The notes below the pieces were generated by a model. The model made no database searches and was not told where the DNA came from. It saw only the letters and a program-made list of their open reading frames with translations. DNA of 64,000 bases from Narcine bancroftii (lineage: Eukaryota), in contig NC_091471.1 in assembly GCF_036971445.1 (NCBI RefSeq), positions 75,950,001 to 76,014,000 on the forward strand, written 5' to 3'. The translations under genes were made by a program, and so were the position numbers. Of this stretch, positions 53,614 through 64,000 are shown one piece after another; position 1 is the stretch's first letter, and every line of letters starts with the position of its first letter.

Positions 53614-54662
53614 ACAGGTTGATGTGGGAATAGGACGCAGAATTGATATGGACAGAGCGAAGGTGGTCAGCGATCTCCCAGTCTACTTCGAGTCTCTCTG
53701 TTGTAGAGAAGGCCACAACAGGAGCACCAGATGCAGTAGACTACTCCTGGAGCTTCACTTGGAAGGACAGTTTGGGGCTCGAATGGTGGGGAGCAACCGC
53801 AAGTGTGGCACTTCCTGCGGTCACAAGGGATGGTGACAAGGGGGTGAGTAGTAAGAAGGGATGAATGGACAAGGGATTCATAGAGGGACCAATCCCTACT
53901 GAATGTGGAGAGGGGAGGAGAAGGGAAGATGTGTTTGGTGTTGGGATCATGTTATAGCTGACAGTTCTGGGACACATGGTGGAACATGTTGTATGTTCAC
54001 TTTTGGTCACTTCATTATGGAAGGATGTGGAAGCTGTGGAGAGGGTACAGAGGAGACTTACCAGAATGCTGCCTAGATTTTTACACAGAGAGTTTTGGGT
54101 GCCTGAAATGCCTTGCCAGGGGTGATGGTGGAGGCTGAAACATTTGGGATATTAACAGACTCTTAAACAGGAACATGGATGAAAGAAAAATGGAGTGCTC
54201 TGAGGTAGGAGGGCTGTTTCTTTGGTAGGAATATATTGGTTGGCACAACATTGAGGGCCAAAGGTCCTGAACTGTGCTGTAGTGTTTTATATTCTCAGAG
54301 ATGGAAATTTGGGAGGATAATATGTTGGGTGCGGAGGCTGGTGGGGTGGTAGGTGAGGACAAGGGAAATGCTGTTTTTGTTGCAGCTGTGGCAGAGGGGT
54401 CCAGGGCAGATGTGTGGGAAATGGAGAAGATGGGGGTAAGGGCTGAGTTAATGCCACATTTCTTTGAAGAAGGGAATCTCAGATGATCTATTCTGGAAGA
54501 CCACTTCTTGGGAACAGATGCAACGGAGACAGAGGAAATGAGAGAAAATAATAGAATCCTTGCAGGGGACTGTGTGTGAAGAAGGGCAGTCGAGGTAGTT
54601 GTTGGAATTATGAGGATGTATAAAATTTCTGTTGGAAGTTTGTCTCCTGAGATGGAGTCAGT

Positions 54663-55477
54663 AGGCTCTTTCAAACTGCTCTGTATCCGGGATTAATCGG
54701 GAAATTTGCCCAGTTAGTGATCCACTAAAGCAGCAGCTTGGAAGAGTCCAACCCAGTCAGTGCGGTCCTAATAAAACTGGGCTAGTGTCACAGGGAAACC
54801 CCTGGCTGAAGTGCCTGCATGATTGAAGGGAGAGATGGGTCACTGCCACAGAGCATGGAGTGGGGGAAGGAGGAGGAGAGGAGGGAGGGGGAGGTCACTG
54901 TCGCGGGACCCGGGATGGGGAGGGGGAGAGAGGAGTGGGCCACAATTAGGGGGAGTGAAGTTGCTGCCATGGGGGGAAGAGGCTGCGGTGGTGCATTGCC
55001 GCGGGGTGGAGAGAGGTCACTACCTCCAGGGTTGGTGAGCGTGGGGGGGCTGCAAACTGCCGCTGCTGCGAACGCCACTCCAGTTCGCATGACAGCTCAA
55101 CGTTCACAGTGGTGGGACGTTGCTGGGGGGGGCACGATTGACAGGGTGGGTGTCAATTGACGGTGGGGTTTGTGGCTCATGTGGGTAGGGTGACTGACTG
55201 GAGAGGGTGGTGATTGATGGTGGGTGATGACTAACTTGGGGGGGGGGGTGACTGACAGCCAGTGGATGGCTGGGGCAGACTTACTGTTAGTGCCTGGGAG
55301 TGCGTGACGTGTCACTTACCATGTCATTGTGTGGGCAGGATCCCCCTTAAATTGCTGGGTTGCCGATTTAATGGGTTGATCCCCCTTCAGCTTAAAAGGT
55401 GCTGGAAGCACCTTTTTCCCAGTAATCGTACCTGGGTCTCAGGCGGGCTACTCAGGTGCAGCAGTTTAAAAGAGCCT
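54663..55477. mobile_element. Harbinger-like MITE, G-rich interior
   Basis: TIRs aggctctttcaaactgc / gcagtttaaaagagcct; interrupts the Penelope sequence. Confidence 0.72.
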
Positions 55478-56154
55478 GGAGAGATCAAGTAAAGGGAGGG
55501 TGTTGCTGGAGATGGTCCAAGTGAATTTGAGATCGAGGTGAAGATCTCTTTTCTGAGCACCTTCGCTCTGTCTGCATCATTGACAAGGATCTCCCAGTGG
55601 CCAGCCGTTTCAATTCTGCCGCCACACCCATGCCGACATATCTGTACATGGCCTTTTATAAATTGGAGGAGCAAAAATTTCATCTGGGTCCTTTCCAGCT
55701 GGATGCATTAACATTGACTTTTCTGGTTTCTGCTGGACTCGCTCTCTTCCCTATTCCTGTCTCCTTTCTTCCAATTCTTCACCTTTTCCCTCTCCATTCA
55801 CAGAGCTCTCACCCTTCCCCTGCTTTCTGCGTGTCCTCTGCCCCTTATCCCCCATTATCACTTCCCTGTGGCTTGTGCTCCTCCCTCTGTCCCTGCTCCA
55901 CCCACCCCCCCACCCCCCCCCCCCCCCCGCCTTGATTTATAGAAGTGCATGCCTACATTTTGCTCATACATTGATGAAGGGCTCAAGTCCTAATCTTTGG
56001 TTATTATCTTACAATTTTTTACATGCTGATTTTTGCCAGCATTGTGTTTTTACTTCAATCTCTGCATTCTCTCTACACTCGAAGCGTATTTCTTAAAACA
56101 TGATAGGGACTTGAACACTATGGCCAGACTCCACCCAATCATTTTACCTTCAAA

Positions 56155-56510
56155 GGGGAAATTGTGAGAGTACAGAGTTGTATGTTCCTGTCAGGATCAA
56201 AGCCCAGGTTAGTCAGCATAGGAAACCTTGGTTTTCGAGGGATATTGGGGATCTGGTTCGGAAGAGAAGAGAGGTGTCTAACAGGTATCGGCAACATGGA
56301 ACAAATGAGGTACTTGAGGAGATTTAAAATGCAAGGAAAACCTCAAGAAAGAAATCAAGAGGCTAAAAGAAAAAATGAGGTTGCTTTGGCACACAATATG
56401 AAAGAAGGTTTTCAAAGCTTGCAAAGGAATCTGGACAAGCTGGAAAAATGCGATGAAAAATGGCCGATGGAATTTAACGCAGTCAAGAGTGAGGTGTTGC
56501 ATTTTAGAAG
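56155..56510 (+). mobile_element. Internally deleted CR1 fragment
   Basis: ORF 56164-56526 ends EGFQSLQRNLDKLEKCDEKWPMEFNAVKSEVLHF. Confidence 0.7.
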
Positions 56511-57229
56511 TACCATTACATCTTAAAACAGAAACAGAAGGACACAATTCAAATTTTTAATTCTTTCTTTATTAATGACTATTAACAATATAATGTCTTA
56601 ACACAATTCTACTTCTGGCTATCCATCCCATAGGATAATGATGGTTCCTTTCTGTTAGTGTGAGGGGTTTAATATGAGGATACTCCACCCCTCAGAAAGG
56701 AACATCTTATGCGTGAATGGATTTAGGTGAGAAGGGGTTGCACAGTTCCAGACCCACCCTCTCGACATCCCCTCCCAGATCCAGCAGCATGGTATGAGGT
56801 CCAAGACAGCTGGGGGAAATTCTGTTGCAGTGAATGGCCAGACCAAGCTTCAAAGTAAGGGATGCCCTTTCTGTGCTTCATGGCACATGTTTGCTAGATG
56901 CCCATTGACCCTACAAGAGGGTTCACCTGCCCTTTGACAGGTCTTGTTTTTCATCCTGCAGGATGTCTAGCCACCCTACGCACCAGGCAAACCTGGATGG
57001 GGAGCCGGTTTAATCGCCGACCACCCGACCATGCGACAGGTAATAAATACTAGGTTACATAGAACCAGTAGTACTCAGATGAGTGACCTGACATAGAATT
57101 AATCCCACTTTAACACAATTAACCCCACTATAGCAAATATACAGATATCATATATTTATAAACAGGGTGTATGTGGAAAAACTCAGATCATTACAGTCTG
57201 TTCCCAATATTCAACAAGGAAAAATCTCC

Positions 57230-60200
57230 TGTAGATCTTTCAATTAAACACATTAGACTGAGAGTTGTGATTAATATACTTTAATCATCATAAAATATCT
57301 CCACATCTCACACGTGGCTGGGCCGGGAGACATGAGTCAATGCGCAGGTGGACCGCATCTAAGTCATAACAGCCTTTATGGGGACTCTGAGGGTGGGGTG
57401 GGGTGGGGGGGGTGGAGAGTCACAGGGGCAGGTGCCAGCCAGCCCATACAGTACATTCATACAGATAGAACTAATAGCTATAGAGTGGCTCCACCACATT
57501 CACTCCTTCTTTTAAAACAGTCTCATCTGTCGTTGGGACCGTCACAGTGTTTACTCCTGGGTTGTGTTTTGCGAGACAGGAGGTTGGGTCTCCAGTGGCT
57601 GGGGGGGGGGGGGTGTTAAATATGACCATGGGGTTGCTCATTCTGGTGGTGAGGTGGGAAACCGGGTGTGATTAGTGGGGCCGGGTGGCTTGTAATGCTA
57701 CCAGTGGTTGTAAGGGGAGGGGATATTGATTGGGTGGTTGAGGGGTCCTCTGCATGTGCCAGATTCCGGAAGGAAAACAGTACCCTGCTGCCCATCCTGG
57801 TACTCCAAATAAGCATACTGAGGGTTTGCATGGAGGAGATGGACCTTCTCAACCAGGGGCTCAGTCTTGTGGCTCCTGCTATGCCTCTAGAGCAGGACAG
57901 GCTCAGGGGCCATCAACCAGGATGGAAGTGTGGTTCCTGATGATGACTTCCTGAGGAAGTAAAAGAGCCTTTCATGCAGGGTAACATTCACAGGACAAAG
58001 GAGGAACCTGGTTGCATGGAGCGCCTCAGGGAGGACATCTTGCCACTGGGAGATGGGCAGGCCTTTCAACCCGAGGTCTAGGAGGATTGCCTTCTAAAAG
58101 GTGGCGTTCTCCTTTTCTATCTGCCGTTCCCTCAAGGGTTATAGCTTGTGGTCCTGTTCATGGCTGTGCCCTTGCCAGCAGGTAATTGCGCAAATCCTCA
58201 CTCATAAACGAGGATCCCTGGTTGCTATGGTAATAGCAGGGTTATCCAAACAGAGTGAATATGGTGTGTAGTGACTTTACGATTGTGGTGTGGTCATGTC
58301 TGGGCAGAGGATGGCGAAAGGGAAGTGTGAGTATTCATCGAAATATGAGAAAGTATACGTTCAGATTGGTCGAGGGGAGGGGGGCCTTGAAGTCCATACT
58401 CAGAGGTTCAAAAGGGTGGGTGGCTTTAATCAGGGGAGTTTTGTCTGGCTGGTAGAATTGGGGTTTGCTTTTGAGACCCACTGGGCAGCTCCAAGTCAGT
58501 TCCCTGATATCCTCAACCGAGTAAGTGAGGCTACGACCTCTGAGAAAGTGGTAGAGCCTGGTGTTGGGTATAAGCCTACCCTCTGCTGGACATCATGAAA
58601 CCCACATCATGATGTCACCCTTCCATATATCCATATCTGTGTGTCAGTAGCCATATAAGTCTAATAGAAGTAAAGGATGAGAAAGCATCATGTCTGCGGG
58701 TCTTAATTGTGTAAGTGCATACAGGGTGGCAGAGGACTTAGATGCGGTCCACCTGCGCATTAACTCATGTCTCCCGGGACAGGATGTCAGGAGGTCATTG
58801 AGCTTCCTGCGCGGGATGGAACAAGATCTCTTAGTTGTAGGTGGATAGCTCAATTCTCCACCTCAGGCTCGTGTCGTTCTTAATTTTTCCTAGTTGTTCG
58901 TCGTTGAACATAAAAGCGACTACACGTTGGTCAATCAGCAGGGTGAATACTTGCTGGTCAGGTAGTGCCTCCAGTCGCAGTTCCACTATGGCCTGGGCCT
59001 CCTTCTCAGTGGCTGAGTGCCAGAGTTCGGGGCCCTGGAGGGTCGGGGAAAAAAATGCCTCAGGTCTGGCCAGGGGAAAGTCGGATCCATCATTTTCCAT
59101 TTGGAATGGGATGGATTCATCCACAGCATGCATCGCTGCCCTGACGATGTCGCCCTTGATGTGTATAAATGACGCTTGGGGGGAAAGGTGGTTGTTTTCA
59201 CCAGAATGCAGGCTTTGTCTGCATAATTAGGGACCCACTGGGCATAGTTGTAAAAGAATCCCAAGCACCTTTTCAGGGCCTTGAGATTGTGGGACAGTGG
59301 GAGTTCCAGAAGGGGGCGCATATGGTCAGGGTCAGGCCCAATGATGCCATTCTCCAGCATGCAATTGACGATAGCCAGACTTGAAGCACTGAACACACAC
59401 TTCTTTCGGTTGTATGTGAGGTTGAGACTTCTGGCCATCTGGAGAAATTTCTTTAGGTTAATGTCATGATCCTGCTGGTCATGGCCACAGATGGTCACGT
59501 TGTCCAGATAGGGAAATATGCCTTTAGCCCGTAATCATCCACAATCCAGTCCATATCCCTCTGGAAGATGGAGACCCAATTGCTGACCCTGAAGAGAACC
59601 TGAAGGAAGTGGTAGAGGCGGTCGTCTGCCTCAAAGACAGTGTATGGGTTGTCCTCCAGATGGATTGGGAGTTGGTGGTAGGTCAACTTGAGATCAGTGG
59701 TTGAGAAGACCCGGTAGTGGGCGATCTCATTCACCATGTTGGCAATGAAGGGGAGGGGGTAGGCGTCCAGCTGGTTAAATCGGTTTATGGTCTGACTATA
59801 GTCAATAACCAAGCGGGGTTTCTCTCTGCTCTTAACTACTACCACCTGTGCCCTCCAGGAGCTGGTGCTGGGTTCTACAATTCCTTCAGCCAGAAGTCGT
59901 TTAACTTCTGCTTTGATGAAGACTCTGTCCCCAGGGCTGTATCGCTTGCTCTTGGTGGTGACAGACTTGTAGTTAGGGGTATGGTTCTCTAACAGAGGAG
60001 GCTGTGGGACCGGGAGTGTGGACAGGCTGCAGGTCATGTTCAGAGAGGAGGGCGCATAGTTTAAAAATTTATAGTCGCAGACTGTGGCGGGGCGGGGTTG
60101 GGACCCTTCAAACTGCATATGGATGCTCTTGAGTTGGCACTGGAAGTCCAGTCCCAGTATGACTAGTGCGCAAAGCTGTAGTATGTTAAGGAGCTTAAAA

Positions 60201-61225
60201 TTCCTGTAGTTAGTGCCACACATGATCAATGTCACGGTGCAGCTTCTGTGGATCTTGGCTGAGTGAGACAGAGGCCATGGAGACTTTAGACTTTCCCGAA
60301 GTTACCACGAAGGAGTGGCACTGTACTGTGCCCAGGTGAATGAAACTCTCCATGTCCTTGGTATCAAATAGGCAATCTGTGTCCATCATGGCCCTGGCTA
60401 GTTGATCTGGGCTGTTCTGGTCCAGGGTAATTGAGGCCAAGGTCTGGTCGCTGTCTGAATCACTATTGTAGAACTGGTTTGGAGCCCCCCCTCCCAGGAT
60501 GGCTGTCCCCATGCTGCACTGCTCCTCGTGCCAGAAGTGCTGCCGTCCCGGTTTGCCATCCCTATGGTCCCACCAAGACATTCCCCGTGACTGGAAGTGG
60601 CAAAAGAAATAATGTGCTTCAATATGGCAGTGGCTGCGCACACAGTGCTATTGGAGGAAGGTTGGGACCAACATATCTTCCTGCAGTGTCCCTACTTCCC
60701 ACAGAGGGGACATGTCATGCTTCAGGCTGGACAGCTCTTACGGGGATGTTTAACATGACCTCAGAATTATCACCTCAGGTGCTCCATGGTGACGATAGCC
60801 AGACTTGAAGCGCTGAACACGCACTTCTTTCGGTTGTATGTGAGGTTGAGACTTCTGGCCATCTGGAGAAATTTCTTTAGGTTAATGTCATGATCCTGCT
60901 GGTTATGGTCACAGATGGACCCCACATCCCAATATGGCAGTATCCATGCTCCCATGTGGTGGCCACATTTCTAGACGTGAAGACCTCCGCATTCAGCTAC
61001 ACTATCTCGAGCACTTTTGCTAGGTCAACTAATTCCTGCATGCTTCGATCGTCCTTTTCTAGGTGTCTCTGTCTGATATGATCAGACTTGAGTCCAACCA
61101 CACTCGCTACATGTATCAGTTCTTCTCAGTGGACCACCGCAGAGACATCTCTGCAACTCCAGCTCCCTCCCACAGGACCCACATGTAATCATCCACCGAC
61201 TCACCAGGCGCTTGCCTACGACTGA
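57230..61225 (-). mobile_element. Gypsy/Ty3 provirus, 5'-truncated; 3' LTR 57230-57498, partial gag, protease, RT, RNase H, integrase
   Basis: LTR TGTAG...CCACCACA followed by a polypurine tract (minus AAAAGAAGGAGTGAA). Motifs: RRQAPGESVDDY (gag), CLFDTKDMESFI (decayed protease), PSTSSWRAQVVVV..RLVIDYSQTINRF..LDAYPLP (RT), HSATEKEAQAIVE (RNase H), WQDVLPEALHATR (integrase). No 5' LTR found. Confidence 0.9.
58562..58723 (+). mobile_element. Probable small solo LTR inserted in the integrase zinc-finger region
   Basis: ~160-bp TG...CA insert splitting the LCHP|..TRL codons; contains CATATAAG and AGTAAA; no convincing TSD. Confidence 0.5.
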
Positions 61226-61429
61226 CCAGAAGGTATCTGGCATAGATAACATTTGTCAGGATGCAACCCCATTACTGAAGCACTTGAACACATTAAATAA
61301 TGTATCAATGCAACATTTAAAGATCTATATGTAGGGTTTTGGCACTGGAAAATCAACTTGCACAGGTCTGTTATTCTACAGAAAAACAAGGTGAGCATTT
61401 GACTTCAATAGAATCTACTTTAAAGGATC

Positions 61430-64000
61430 TGACAACCAAATCTGTCAGCTGGAAGACAACAATGAGAGACTAATGGCAAGAATTATCAATTTGGAAAGCC
61501 GAAGTAGGTGACAGAGCCTGCGTATTACAGGTTTGGCTGAAGATATTGAAACTGGTTAATTTTTCTCTGATTTATTTGTAACGGTGTTTACGGACAAAAT
61601 GTTTCCGACCCCACCAGAGCTTAACAGAGTGCATTGTTTATTATTGACTGTCTGAATCGGGGCAAAAGCCATGTTCAGGGGGTTATACGCTTATATCGCT
61701 ATCTAACGAAGGAACTGTTGATTCATAAAGCCCATCGTAAAGGTACCCTGCAATAGCATGGCAAATAATTTAGAATCATGGAAGATTACCCTCCTGAAGT
61801 CATGAAGCAGTGGGCCATCTACAGGGAAGTTAGAGTTATACAAGTGTGGGTATAAGTTTTCACTGCTGTTCCTCGCATGTCATCGCATCTTTCTTCCGAG
61901 CGGTAATAAGAAATGGCTTGGTTCAGTGGAGGACGCTCAGGAGTACATTCATTAACTTCCTGCTCCAATTTCTGAATGGTATTTTCTCTTTTCTTTCTGT
62001 TGAATGGCTGTTTTGAACTGATGATTAAATTTGAATATGTTCATTCATTCGTGTTTAAGGCTTTCACAGAAAAAGCAATGATATTGCGAGTTGATTTAAT
62101 TTGGAGTGGTTGAAGGAAAATAATTTGACATATTTTGATGGTATTTATGTTTAAGATTGTTCTATCAAAACCAGATAGAATTTAAAAAAATATCTTGAAC
62201 CATCTTTATGAGGAGTCTTTAAACATTTTTTGATGTGTATTGTGATTTAAACTAAACATGGCTTATTGTGGTCTGGTAAATCTAGAGGGTATCAATCCAT
62301 ATTAATCAGAACATTCCTTTTTGCATTGTAAGGGTCGCTGGACAAAGTGGCAACTCTGTCTTACAGTTGACAAAATTTAAAGAATTTCATGTATGTTACA
62401 TTCTCCATGTCATATTACATGACAATATGGAATCTTTACTTTTAACCTTTAATGTTGTTTTGGATTCTACAAGCTGTTTTGTTATTGGTTCAGGGAAATT
62501 ACGTGATAAGATGGTGTTTTTTTCAAATGTTGATGATCTGGGATTTTTTTTAACTTCCTTTCTGGATTTAAGTTTATATTCGCTTATTCTAGGTGGGGAT
62601 TTCAACTGCTAGTTGAACCCTATCCTAGATCGTTCATCTTCTGACCCAGCTACATTAAACAAATATTCCTCAATAATACATTATTTTCTATCACATTATG
62701 GGATTTCAGATGTCTTTTTTTTTAAATCTTACCAACAGAGAGTATTCTTTCTTTTTCCAAGTTCATCAAACTTACTTATGTATTGATTATTTTTTATTGA
62801 TAATCATTTAATTCCATTAACATTCTCGTGTACACCACAGTATTGTAATATCTAATCATACCCCTGTAACAATGTTAATGCCTCTTACTGATCTTCCTCA
62901 AGATAAAAGACACTGGCACTTTAATTCAGTGTTATTATCAGATAAGGACTTTGTTAAATTCGTGGAAGAACAGATAGGTTTCTTTTTTAATACTAATCTT
63001 TCCTCAGAGACCTCTAGTCTAGTTATATATAATATTTTGAAGGCCTTTCTTAGGGGGAAAATCATTTTGTACATAGTTAATTTAAAAAATGAAGGCTAAG
63101 AAAGATCTGCATTAATTAAACATCAATAATACATTCAAACTAAAAACTCAGATGTATACAAAAAACAGATTGAACTCAAAAGTAAATTTGATTTTCTCTC
63201 AACATATTCAGTCGAATGCTAACTTTTGAAATTTAAAAGTCAATTTTACATTCATGGTGATAAATCTGCTAAGTTTGTGGCTAACTGAGAGAATTTGATG
63301 CTAAGCGATATAACAAAGTTTCATAAAGATGTATTATGATTTCTGATCATTCTGAGATAAACAATAAACAATAAATTTAAAAGAGATTTCTCTAAATTAT
63401 ATTCATCTAAATGTAAGAATGACTAAATTGATGAAGAGTTTTTTTAGACAGCTTGAATATCCACTAGATTAGACTGGATGAATAGATCGTAAGTTTTATA
63501 TCTTTTTCAATCTGTTTCAGTTTTTATTCCTAAATCATTTTTTGACTTACTTGTCTTGGCTATATCATCTTACATATGGAAAGGTAAGCATCCTCACTTT
63601 AATAAAGTTCATCTACAGAGATCTAAGAGAGATGATGGAATGACTCTACCTAACTTTAGATTTTACTATTGAACAGTCAATATATTAAGTCTTATGTTTT
63701 GGTCCTTTTTCATAACCATCCTGCCTGCCCATTATGGGTATTAATGGATATGAATCCCCCCCCAAAAAACTTTTCTAATTTAGCACTTCTTGGGTCTTCA
63801 CTTTCATTTTCAATTTAGGTAATAGATAATCCAATTGATAAATATTCTTTGAGAATTTTGGCACAGTTTAGAAAACATTTTGCAATCCATTATTTTCCTC
63901 TCTCAAACTATTGTATCCAATCACTTTTTTCAACCTTTACATAATACTATTTTTCAGAGATGGTATAGAGAGGTAATCAAAATTTTAAGGATCTGTTCGT
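61430..64000 (+). mobile_element. Old, heavily deleted L1-like LINE (ORF1 C-terminal part and ORF2 pieces), running off the window end
   Basis: NLESRSR*QSLRITGLAEDIE (ORF1), SLILGGDFNC*LNPILDRSS (endonuclease), WHFNSVLLSDKDFVKFVEEQI..LKAFLRGKII, and GMTLPNFRFYY. Confidence 0.8.

Larger units (their letters stand above)
52810..56070 (-). mobile_element. Penelope-like element (GIY-YIG endonuclease remnant) with an inverted 3' copy at about 55550-56070 and three nested insertions
   Basis: Minus strand 53650-53740 reads CIWCSCCGLLYNRETRSRLGDR..HLRSV; plus strand from 55555 reads EHLRSVCIIDKDLPVASRFNS. Nested: MITE 53063-53613, CR1 piece about 54000-54290, MITE 54663-55477. Confidence 0.75.

Noticed and set aside
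53320-53622. ORF with AWDPEIPTP repeats as a repeat protein
   Set aside because: Translation of a 27-bp minisatellite inside a MITE.
56530-57229. Sequence left of the third provirus as part of its LTR
   Set aside because: It looks like separate nested repeats that I could not classify; the TG start at 57230 gives an LTR size consistent with the other LTRs.
45512-64000. Next PARP8 exon (expected about EYGAIDDVDIDLHIDVSFLD)
   Set aside because: Not found by eye; probably beyond the window, though a diverged short exon could have been missed.

Overview
Eukaryotic (vertebrate) genomic DNA, not prokaryotic. The repeat mix (CR1, RTE, L1-like, Penelope, tRNA-SINEs) suggests a cartilaginous fish, which is my inference. 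The whole window lies inside one + strand gene, PARP8, recognised from memory of the human protein. Four phase-compatible internal coding exons are present (394-483, 6940-7010, 19892-19969, 45417-45511). The introns are 6.5, 12.9, 25.4 and more than 18 kb, and I did not find the next exon. Much of the intronic sequence is decayed, often nested transposable elements: three Gypsy proviruses plus solo LTRs, a BEL/Pao relic, CR1, L1-like, RTE, Rex1 and Penelope LINEs, Tc1 and Chapaev3-like relics, hAT and Harbinger-like MITEs, SINEs and local duplications. There is one 135-N gap. Almost all listed ORFs are TE fragments or spurious. I found no new protein-coding system. The most interesting signals are mechanistic: (1) two different Gypsy families have, where the tRNA primer-binding site should be, a co-varying antisense copy of their own LTR poly(A)-signal region; (2) an RTE insertion has a twin-priming-type 5' inversion and a 13-bp TSD; (3) Penelope-derived repeats carry minimal hammerhead-like motifs with a recurrent TTGA core; (4) one provirus contains two templated copies of its own pol sequence. 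Many TE boundaries are approximate, read by eye.
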